A stretch of DNA of 61,442 nucleotides, the filler included. It is 9 parts of 9 records of this genome, joined end to end, with 100 filler letters (N's around TTAATTAATTAA, not from the genome) between each part and the next. Parts side by side here need not be neighbours in the genome. Positions count along the whole stretch, not along the records: positions 31,673 to 37,784 come from SRR31147125_55911; positions 37,885 to 43,818 come from SRR31147125_55944; 7 more parts are not named here. One strand, 5' to 3'. Made by a program: the position numbers and the translations under genes. Positions 33,532-41,192 of the stretch are shown here, piece by piece (position 1 is the first letter of the stretch; every line of letters starts with the position of its first letter). The notes beneath the pieces were generated by a model, which ran no database searches, was not told where the DNA came from, and saw only the letters and a list, made by a program, of their open reading frames with translations.

Positions 33532-33579
33532 GGCGCCACCGTGACCCCTACCATTTCACCCCTTGGTAAGGACCCGCAA
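33532..33579 (-). promoter_or_regulatory. cos-like packaging motif, copy 2
   Basis: TTGCGGGTCCTTAC-N14-GTAGGGGTCACGGTGGCGCC; contains the lambda cosQ heptamer GGGTCCT; repeated at 37187-37234. Confidence 0.6.
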
Positions 33580-33640
33580 AGCCCAAATTGACGCGAGTTT
33601 CAGCCATCACACACTCTCCCCACATCATCACAGATCATCA

Positions 33641-33895
33641 TCAAGATGACCGCCTCATCGGCTCTGTTCTGAGAGCTGTTTCATGTTCAATTGGTGGCCT
33701 TGCCCTGGGATACATTGCATGGAGCAACCGATAACATCCAAGGCATAATTCCCTTACCTCTTCGGGATCTCTTGGGGCGCCACTTGAATCGTTTTTCAAT
33801 GGACACGACGAGCATTTAAAATCATCTCGATCTATCCCAGCTCTCAAGGCATCATCGAGGCATTTGTCATAGTTTTGACAGAAGACATTTCTCAC
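33641..33895 (-). CDS. Small Cys-rich (putative Zn-binding) protein
   Basis: GGAG RBS then GTG; RNVFCQNYDKCLD..FKCSSCP..LCLGC. Confidence 0.55.
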   Translation of the reverse strand: MRNVFCQNYDKCLDDALRAGIDRDDFKCSSCPLKNDSSGAPRDPEEVRELCLGCYRLLHAMYPRARPPIEHETALRTEPMRRSS

Positions 33896-33917
33896 TGTAC
33901 AACTCCACTCATGAAGG

Positions 33918-33957
33918 GACAAAAAGAAATGGCCGGTCCCGCAGAAAGAGAACCGGC
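33918..33957 (-). terminator. Intrinsic terminator after the S49/coiled-coil operon
   Basis: Minus strand GGCCGGTTC-loop-GGACCGGCC-ATTTCTTTTT. Confidence 0.6.
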
Positions 33958-34046
33958 CTAGAGGTACCTCTTGACTGATCCGTGCATACCGTCACGGATG
34001 CAGCCACCACCTTTTGTAAAAGGGCAGGTTGGAAGACCCTTGGCGC

Positions 34047-34394
34047 TTAATAGACCACAGACGTGGAATAACCAAATGATGCCGTTTTGGGTCGGGATGG
34101 AGCGGCGTTTTCTTCCACAATCCCCGCTTGCTCAATGAGCCTCTCATCCATCCGCTCCCTCAGTTCTTCAGTAACAACCTCACACCGTGCGACCTTTGCC
34201 TTTGCATCGGCAATGTCAGAATGGAATCGTTCAATCTCAGCATCGCATAAGTCCTTCTGCTTCAGCTTCTTCTCAAGCTTAAAAATCCGGGCGGCATTCA
34301 GTTCCTTCACCTTCTCAGCGGTCAGATAGTTGGTGGCAAGGCTCGCCAGCGGTGACCAACCTTCCTTCATAATCTCTTTGAAAAGCTTGCTCAT
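34047..34394 (-). CDS. Coiled-coil hypothetical protein
   Basis: Charged helical pattern; TAATG stop/start coupling with the upstream gene. Confidence 0.7.
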   Translation of the reverse strand: MSKLFKEIMKEGWSPLASLATNYLTAEKVKELNAARIFKLEKKLKQKDLCDAEIERFHSDIADAKAKVARCEVVTEELRERMDERLIEQAGIVEENAAPSRPKTASFGYSTSVVY

Positions 34395-35107
34395 TAGCGC
34401 CTCCCTTGGATTCGATATTCCTTGATCACTTTCTCCACGATCTCCGGAGTTACTCCATCCTCACAAGAATCAAGAAGTCTATTGGCTTTATGAATCTTAT
34501 TTCTGATTGCATCTATCCGCTCTTTTACTGGAATAAACCCATCATTGTCTTTTCGAGATTCCTTTATCTCTTCTCTTAGGAAGACAGTGTCTTCGGTATT
34601 CATGAGACCACTGTGCGCTTTCACAATCAACTCAGGTGCGGACTCCCTCATATCACCAGAGTGATGGAAGTAGGTCATCTCAATTCCCTTGATTCGCTCC
34701 CTGATGGCGATTGCTTCAGCACATTTTGAAAAGAACTTTTTGTAAAGCCCGCTCTCTTCTGCTTGCAAAGGTTCGAAGGTTTTCCGAAGGCTTTCTATCT
34801 TCTGCCTGGTCTCATCCGGAAGACTGAAAGCGATTCTTTCCTTGATGGCACTCAGACCTTTTTCGCAAGCATCATTTTTTGACTCAATATCGGTCAGCTC
34901 GGCCTGACGCTTCTTGATACGGGCAGCGACATTTTCACCGCTCATCGCCTCCATCTGAAGCTCAACAAGTTCGGCATATTTCTGGTCATGTTCGGCATCC
35001 AATTTCTCTTGAGCTACTTCAATCTGAATGTGAGATTTGCACAAATCGGCAATGGTGGCCTGTGGATCGTTAAGAACTTTGAACATTATGATATTTCCTT
35101 TTTTCAA
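34394..35107 (-). CDS. Coiled-coil hypothetical protein
   Basis: 237 aa, E/K/L-rich heptad pattern; overlaps the S49 stop codon. Confidence 0.7.
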   Translation of the reverse strand: MKKGNIIMFKVLNDPQATIADLCKSHIQIEVAQEKLDAEHDQKYAELVELQMEAMSGENVAARIKKRQAELTDIESKNDACEKGLSAIKERIAFSLPDETRQKIESLRKTFEPLQAEESGLYKKFFSKCAEAIAIRERIKGIEMTYFHHSGDMRESAPELIVKAHSGLMNTEDTVFLREEIKESRKDNDGFIPVKERIDAIRNKIHKANRLLDSCEDGVTPEIVEKVIKEYRIQGRR

Positions 35108-36276
35108 TGAAGATAACTGGGTGATGATTCAGTCATCGCAAGTTGAGCTTTTCGGAGTTTCTTCTGTTTCTCATCCTTGGCTTTGATCTGGGCATCATGG
35201 GCGGCGGCGATTCGTTTAGCCTCGGCAATCAGGGGATTCTCAGCCTGAGTATTTGTCCTGGATGCCGCGATAGCGTTAAAGGCTTGTGTTACCGGGTTTT
35301 TATCCGCTCCCCCTGTTTCATCAACTGTGGTGGGGGTGTTCTCGCCCCGCCTTTTTGCAGCCAAATCGTCAAAAGCTTTCTCCACAGGGTTTGCTTCAGC
35401 GGCAGCCTTTGCCCTCCGTTTGACATCTTCCACCAACGGATTCACGGTGGTTGCCGGTGTCGGCTTGGGTGTGGTGGCACTCGGTGTGGGTGAAGAGGCA
35501 CTGGCGTATTTATTGGTTTTAGTGGGGGAGAAAATTGTCTGCACCGCTTTTTCAAAAGAGGCTATCTCATCCACGAAACCGATATTGACCGCGTCCTGTT
35601 CATGAAAGATACCGGCCTGGGTCCCTTTAACGGTATCAACAGAGATCCCGCGATTCCAAGCGACGGTCCTGCAAAAGTCCTCATAAATTGAGTCAACATG
35701 CTTTTGGACATCAGCATGGGCTCTTTCCGATAGCGGAGAGTGTGAGCTGAAATCATTTTTCTTGTCACCGGCAATGATGGCCGTGATATTCACACCAAGG
35801 TTTTCGTCGTACTTTGATTGATCCACATGGGTACTGATCACGCCCACAGATCCCACACCGGCATTTCTGGCAAGGAAGATCTTAGATGCAGCAGAAGCAA
35901 GGCCAAACGCTGCGGAATAACACCCATCACTCACAATGACGTAGATAGTGGCCTTTTTTCTCAGTTCATAAATCTTGTCGGCACAATCGAGCATTCCTGT
36001 TGCGACTCCGCCAGGTGAATCAATTATTACGATTACTTTATCTTTCTGGGCGCAGAGTTTTGCCAGCTCAAAACCGATCCTTCGATAAGTGGATGTGAAG
36101 AGGATACCGCCAATGGACATGAAGCCATAATCCTCTTTTGAATCGTCACTTTGGACCCACAGTTTTGGCAGCTCCAAAGTGACGGATGCCTCTTTAAGAT
36201 CTCCGCTCAATAATCCACTTACGGCTGTTTCGACCAGCATCAGCGGCTTTCCGTTAAATTCATAATTCGGTTTCAA
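35104..36276 (-). CDS. S49 peptidase, lambda gpC-like prohead protease with scaffold-like tail
   Basis: IDSPGG, CYSAAFGLAS, GVGSVGVI..HVD.S, AGDKK, F..TVAWNRG, GFVDEI; P/T-rich linker and repeated helical tail. Confidence 0.85.
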   Translation of the reverse strand: MKPNYEFNGKPLMLVETAVSGLLSGDLKEASVTLELPKLWVQSDDSKEDYGFMSIGGILFTSTYRRIGFELAKLCAQKDKVIVIIDSPGGVATGMLDCADKIYELRKKATIYVIVSDGCYSAAFGLASAASKIFLARNAGVGSVGVISTHVDQSKYDENLGVNITAIIAGDKKNDFSSHSPLSERAHADVQKHVDSIYEDFCRTVAWNRGISVDTVKGTQAGIFHEQDAVNIGFVDEIASFEKAVQTIFSPTKTNKYASASSPTPSATTPKPTPATTVNPLVEDVKRRAKAAAEANPVEKAFDDLAAKRRGENTPTTVDETGGADKNPVTQAFNAIAASRTNTQAENPLIAEAKRIAAAHDAQIKAKDEKQKKLRKAQLAMTESSPSYLH

Positions 36277-36467
36277 GATAGCTCTCTTTCACTCAAAAAT
36301 TTTTCAATTCGATCCTCTAATTGTTTTGACGGCTGATTCGTTCCGCGAATGATTCCGTACAGATGGCCGGTACTGACCTTCAATGCCCTTGCCAGTCTTG
36401 CAGTGGGATACCTGCGGAGAAGATCGGCCCTTGGATGCTCTGGAATTTCAGGAAGCGTATGAATCAT
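36273..36467 (-). CDS. Small Cro/Xre-like HTH protein
   Basis: TARLARALKVSTGHLYGIIRG..PS; GGAGG RBS; coupled to the S49 start. Confidence 0.7.
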   Translation of the reverse strand: MIHTLPEIPEHPRADLLRRYPTARLARALKVSTGHLYGIIRGTNQPSKQLEDRIEKFLSERELS

Positions 36468-36514
36468 TTTCTTGTCCTCCCGCTTGAGTTATTGCTAATA
36501 GTATTCATGTAGTG

Positions 36515-36544
36515 AGTATATGCCGCAGAGATAGTGTCTTTCAA
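36515..36544 (-). promoter_or_regulatory. Putative sigma70 promoter for the HTH-S49 operon
   Basis: Minus strand TTGAAA-18 bp-TATACT. Confidence 0.45.
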
Positions 36545-36673
36545 GATAAAAATAATAATAAAATCAGATACTTGTAGTAAATTGTACTTATTTGTATTTG
36601 TTTGTATTTAGTGGTGATTTTTCAGAATGCCCGGATGGATACCGGGCAGGGGGAAGGGGCTCTTTGCCAGAAA

Positions 36674-37126
36674 TCACTTCGGTGTCGGTGTGTACTTTCC
36701 CGGCCTTGCAAATTTGCTGATGATCCCTTTGACTTCATCGGTGAGAACTTTCAAAACCTCTTTTTTCGATTTATCAGTAATCAGAGGGGCAACTCTCATG
36801 GGAATAGCTCCAAGCCCGCTTGACATCTCCGAGACTCGCCACGCCCATGCAGCCTTGAAGTCATCAATCAATATGACCGACCCATCAGCGATGTTGGCCT
36901 TGACGGTTTCGTTCCTGGCCTTGGCCTGCCAGTATTCAAGCTTTGCGGCTGCCAGGTCTTCACCGTCCTCTTCTGATCGATAGACATTTTCTAACCACCA
37001 ATTCAGGACATCTTTAAGATTCCACTTTCCATGCCCGGCTTTGGGACATCCCTTATCGGCCCAGAGTCTTACCGCCCGATCTGAGATATCGAATAACTCT
37101 GCAATTTGATTTGTTGTTAGAAGCAT
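36674..37126 (-). CDS. Terminase small subunit, lambda Nu1-like (or Rpp-like)
   Basis: TNQIAELFDISDRAVRLWADKGCP...WNLKDVLNWW winged HTH, a helical segment, then SGLGAIP.RVAP; starts about 60 bp after cos-like copy 1. Confidence 0.75.
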   Translation of the reverse strand: MLLTTNQIAELFDISDRAVRLWADKGCPKAGHGKWNLKDVLNWWLENVYRSEEDGEDLAAAKLEYWQAKARNETVKANIADGSVILIDDFKAAWAWRVSEMSSGLGAIPMRVAPLITDKSKKEVLKVLTDEVKGIISKFARPGKYTPTPK

Positions 37127-37186
37127 CTATTCAAATGTTCCACGGAATTCGGAAGTAGCGTTTTTATGTTACAAGTAGGCGGCAAA

Positions 37187-37234
37187 GGCGTCCCCGTGAC
37201 CCCTACTAAACTACGTTACAGTAAGGACCCGCAA
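37187..37234 (-). promoter_or_regulatory. cos-like packaging motif, copy 1
   Basis: TTGCGGGTCCTTAC-N14-GTAGGGGTCACGGGGACGCC; compare lambda CGGGTCCTT...CAGGTTACGGGGCGGC. Confidence 0.65.
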
Positions 37235-37242
37235 GGGTTAGA

Positions 37243-37784
37243 TTAAGCGGCTATCTGAACCACTGGGAACAATGGCCCTGTAACATCAACATATCTTTTC
37301 AAACGATCTTTCACGTTTTTATAAACGTCGTGATAGTCGCTGCATTTATCCGTCTCATCAACAATCCATTCTGCGATTAAATCCTCAATGCCCATCAGCC
37401 GATTAAGAGCACGTTCACTCATGGTGTCTCGGAAATTATCAGGGACGGCGTTAGTTTCGAAAAGCTCTCGGTAGACCAACTTAGTGAACAGCCTGTAATA
37501 CCGGTGAGCATTCCGACTGCCATTTGACTCCGCGTATTCAACAAAAACCTGTACAGCATCGGTAAAAGATCTCCGGCAGGTTTTGCCGTTGAGACGTGCC
37601 TGTTGAAAAGATGCAGACTGACGGCGGAGTAACTCGCGTTCCATCAACTCGAAAGCGTTATAAAAGTCGATCTTCCATTGAAGGGCTTTTTTGCCGTTAA
37701 AACCCATGCATAAAATCGAGAAAGACTTCCTGTCCATCTCATACTTTTTGCGTTCTTCACCCTTTGAATCTACATAATCAACCA
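37243..37784 (-). CDS. Rha family phage regulatory protein, 5' truncated
   Basis: YVDSKGEERKKYEMDRKSFSILCMGFNGKKALQWKIDFYNAFELME. Confidence 0.88.
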
Positions 37785-37884
37785 NNNNNNNNNNNNNNNN
37801 NNNNNNNNNNNNNNNNNNNNNNNNNNNNTTAATTAATTAANNNNNNNNNNNNNNNNNNNNNNNNNNNNNNNNNNNNNNNNNNNN
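37785..37884. other. Artificial contig linker
   Basis: N44-TTAATTAATTAA-N44. Confidence 0.98.
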
Positions 37885-38579
37885 CCGGTTTTTTCAAGAC
37901 CTATATCGATGTTCTGGGGTTACCGGTATTCCTGAAGGCGCTGATTCCCTGGTCGCTGTTCATCACCGGTACGACCATGATTCAAGGGGCTCTGCTCTAC
38001 TATTTCAAATATATATACAACGATGAAGGCCTCTTTCAGATAGCGCTGCTCTTTCTGCTGGCATTCAGCCTGATATTCATCCCAATCTGGGTGAAAATTT
38101 CAAAAAAGATCGGCAAGAAATGGTGCTACAACATCGGCATGGCAATTATGAGCATCTCCGTCTTATCTTTTGCCCTGCTCGGAGAGCAGCTGGGGCCGAC
38201 TTTTGCGTTTGCTATTATGGCCTTCGGCGGCATTGGTCTTTCCACCCACTATGTCATTCCTCACGCCATCCTCCCCGATATCGTTGAATATGACTCAATC
38301 AAAAATAACGGACTGCGGCGAGAGGGTGTTTTCAGCAGTCTCTGGACATTCCTCAGTAAAATCGGTCAGGCACTGGCTCTGGCCCTGAACGGATGGATAC
38401 TGGCAGCTTTTCAGTACGATGCTCTTGTTGCACCGGAACGAGTTACTCTGACAGGTATCAAAATCATCTGCGGACCGGCTCCGGTAGTTTTTTATATTAT
38501 TGGTATCGTAATCCTCGCTTTTTACCCGATAGACAGAGCATATTACGATAAGATGATCTCAACGGGAACAGTGGAATAG
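37885..38579 (+). CDS. MFS glycoside-pentoside-hexuronide transporter, 5' truncated
   Basis: LLYYFKY, PIWVKISKKIGKK, LPDIVEYD..G.RREGVF, FYPID. Confidence 0.88.
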
Positions 38580-38603
38580 GAACCGGATTTCCGGGAGTGC
38601 GGC

Positions 38604-40010
38604 ATGGTAAAGACCCAGCGAAAGTATTTGAAGCTCAAGCGTCCGGTTGTGGGGCGCGGTTTTGTTGCGCCGAATTTTTCCCGATTTGCCTTTCACTTCA
38701 TGCGTATTGCCGGAAGAGCCTATATCAAACTGTTCGAAGGTATTTCATCCGTTACGTTACAAAATGCAGATCCATTGATAGATGCCTTCCACCAATTTCA
38801 GGATGGTGATAAACGCCTGATCCTCGCTTTCCGACACGCTTCTAAAATGGATGCTCCGGTACTTATGTATGCAATCAGTAAGTCACAGGCCAGGATCGCG
38901 CGCAAGAGAGGCAGGCAGTTAAGGAAAACACCGCATGTTCGCTTTCTCTATGGCAAGGATGTGCTGAACTGGGCGGGAGCTGCGGCAGTGTGGCTTTTTC
39001 CCCGCATTGGCAATATACCGGTGGTAAACGGTGAGTCCAACAAGGAAGGGCTCTCTCTTTTGAAAGAAGAGATATGCAGCGGCGAATTCCCCATTGCTCT
39101 GGCACCAGAAGGACAGGTCACCTACCACATGTATCAGTCCTCACCAATCGCACAAGGCACTGCCGCTCTTGCCCGCTGGGGATTGGACAGCGGTAAAGAT
39201 GTGACCGTCTTACCGGTTGCGATCGGCTACCATTACACAGATGACTGCAACAAGCTGGTAAAACAGGTACTGAAACGCTGGGAACGACTTACCAACCAGA
39301 AAATCGATGGAACGCTGCCGACCGGATTCATCAAACCGGAACTGCAGGATACATCCGACTACTCGAATCTTTACGCCCCGCTTATCGAGGCTACCGATAA
39401 AACTCTCGCACAGCTTGAGGACTTTTATCACATTGACCGGTCTGCTGATGATAGTGGAAACGAGTGGTTGGATGATTTCAAAAAACGCATTGCGGATATT
39501 TGTGAAACAGCTTTGAAAACAGCGGAATCGATGCTCAATATAGAGGGTGTCGGCGATTGGCTTAGTCGTGTATTCCGAATTCGTTACATCGGCATGTCCA
39601 ATCTGTATCCGGAAACATTCAATCCCCTTTTTCTGCCGCCGCTGCAGCGCAATAAGGCCGATTTCCGATCTCTTGAGGCACGTATCTATATCCGCCACTC
39701 TCAGGTTGTTGATGTTTTAGAGTACCTTGATCCATCCTACATCTTTCCTGGCTGTCAGCCCCAGCGCTACTGCGAATACGCCCTCAATCTGCTCGATATC
39801 ATCAACCGTTTGATGGGCGGTGATATCAGTTCCCGTTTCAATCCCGCAAAAATTCAAGCTTATGTGGTTCCCGGAGAACCGATCAGTACGAAGGATTTTT
39901 ATGGTGAGAGCGGCCAGGCTGCTGGACGCAGAGCAATGCAGGAGAAATTTACCGACCACCTGCTGCAGGTGCTGAGTTCCATGTCGGCTGATCTGGATGT
40001 GCCGCAATAA
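38604..40010 (+). CDS. PlsC-superfamily acyltransferase
   Basis: HxxxxD (FRHASKMD), LAPEG, LPVAIGY. Confidence 0.75.
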   Translation: MVKTQRKYLKLKRPVVGRGFVAPNFSRFAFHFMRIAGRAYIKLFEGISSVTLQNADPLIDAFHQFQDGDKRLILAFRHASKMDAPVLMYAISKSQARIARKRGRQLRKTPHVRFLYGKDVLNWAGAAAVWLFPRIGNIPVVNGESNKEGLSLLKEEICSGEFPIALAPEGQVTYHMYQSSPIAQGTAALARWGLDSGKDVTVLPVAIGYHYTDDCNKLVKQVLKRWERLTNQKIDGTLPTGFIKPELQDTSDYSNLYAPLIEATDKTLAQLEDFYHIDRSADDSGNEWLDDFKKRIADICETALKTAESMLNIEGVGDWLSRVFRIRYIGMSNLYPETFNPLFLPPLQRNKADFRSLEARIYIRHSQVVDVLEYLDPSYIFPGCQPQRYCEYALNLLDIINRLMGGDISSRFNPAKIQAYVVPGEPISTKDFYGESGQAAGRRAMQEKFTDHLLQVLSSMSADLDVPQ

Positions 40011-40089
40011 TCAGCTGCTTCACTCATCTTTACCAGAGAGTTTCCCGCATTTCATTGCATAATCACCCTGCAGGGGTTATTTTAAACAT

Positions 40090-41025
40090 ATGGGTATGTT
40101 TTTTTCCGGATTATTACTGATATTCCACTTCTCACTGATTTTCTCTATCACCCTGTTCTGTATTATTCTTTTCTATCGGACTCGGGATCAACTTGTCAGC
40201 CGCTTCCTGCGGATAATGATACCGCTGTTTTTCTTTACCCTGATCTATTTCCTCTTTTATTATACCAATAGTACCAAAGATATTCTGCCGAATATCGGCA
40301 GCGATGCAGCATCGCTTTTTATGCTGATTACCTCCTGTCTGACACTGGCTCTCTACATCCTTGGAGTAGTCTACTATCTTATTTCCATGCTTGTACCGGA
40401 ACAGCAAAAGCGCAAAATCCCGCAAATGATAACCAATATTCTCATCGGAGCCTTTCTGCTCTACAGTCTCTACTTTCTCATACTGCTGAACCGTGATAAC
40501 TGGTACCAGGCACTGTCCATCGCACTGAATCAAATGTTCCTCTACAGCAGTATTCTGCTGATAGTGCCAACAATCGTAGCCTCGGTATATCTGCGCCGCA
40601 ACAAAGGAAATGAAAATTTCCGGCTGCTGTATGAAATTATGATTGCCTTCTACCCTATGGCCCTCACACTGCCGCTGGACCTCATCTTCCTCCAGAATTC
40701 TCCATTTAAACTGACACTGCTGACCCACTCCCTCTACTCTATTTTTGTATTTTTCTACATTGTCCGCCACTATATGATCAACTATGAAGCTGAACCTACC
40801 AGTCTGCAGGAAGAGGCAGAACTATTTTTCAAAGAGCATGAGATCAGCCAGCGGGAACAGGAAATTGTTATGCGGGTCTTTGAGGGAAAAACGAATCGCG
40901 AAATTGGTGAGGAGCTGTTCATCTCTCACAATACGGTAAAAACCCACATTCGCAATATCTATAAAAAGCTGGAGGTCAACAACCGTGTCCAGCTGATTCA
41001 TGCCATTAAATTGACCTCCGAATAG
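40090..41025 (+). CDS. Membrane-bound LuxR-family regulator
   Basis: About seven TM segments plus ISQREQEIV..GKTNREIGEELFISHNTVKTHIRNIYKKL. Confidence 0.9.
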   Translation: MGMFFSGLLLIFHFSLIFSITLFCIILFYRTRDQLVSRFLRIMIPLFFFTLIYFLFYYTNSTKDILPNIGSDAASLFMLITSCLTLALYILGVVYYLISMLVPEQQKRKIPQMITNILIGAFLLYSLYFLILLNRDNWYQALSIALNQMFLYSSILLIVPTIVASVYLRRNKGNENFRLLYEIMIAFYPMALTLPLDLIFLQNSPFKLTLLTHSLYSIFVFFYIVRHYMINYEAEPTSLQEEAELFFKEHEISQREQEIVMRVFEGKTNREIGEELFISHNTVKTHIRNIYKKLEVNNRVQLIHAIKLTSE

Positions 41026-41037
41026 TAAAAACAGCAC

Positions 41038-41055
41038 ATCACCCGATCGGGTGAT
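41038..41055. promoter_or_regulatory. Perfect 18-bp palindrome, candidate LuxR operator
   Basis: ATCACCCGATCGGGTGAT; related ATCACCC-N5-GGGTTAT at 40062-40080. Confidence 0.55.
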
Positions 41056-41192
41056 CATCAAATCACCTTGTATTTCATCCCCTATAGCTATATCTCTCTG
41101 TCCCAAACAGACCTAAGCTTGAATGAGAAAGCATTTGGCAATGAAAGAGGTCTCTTTCAACCGTATTGCACATCCAATAATTGGAGTACTGC

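Larger units (their letters stand above)
31697..37784 (-). mobile_element. Phage-satellite (PICI-like) element or reduced prophage, partial
   Basis: Rha, two TerS-like genes each behind a cos-like motif, gpC-like S49 protease, co-oriented small genes, bounded by a tRNA 3' fragment; no integrase within the contig. Confidence 0.75.

Noticed and set aside
35104-36276. Housekeeping signal peptide peptidase SppA
   Set aside because: No membrane anchor, the motifs are gpC-like, and the neighbours are phage-type genes.
33532-37234. CRISPR repeats or IS terminal repeats
   Set aside because: Only two direct copies 3.6 kb apart with a variable centre, and no cas gene or transposase. No CRISPR array was seen anywhere in the window.
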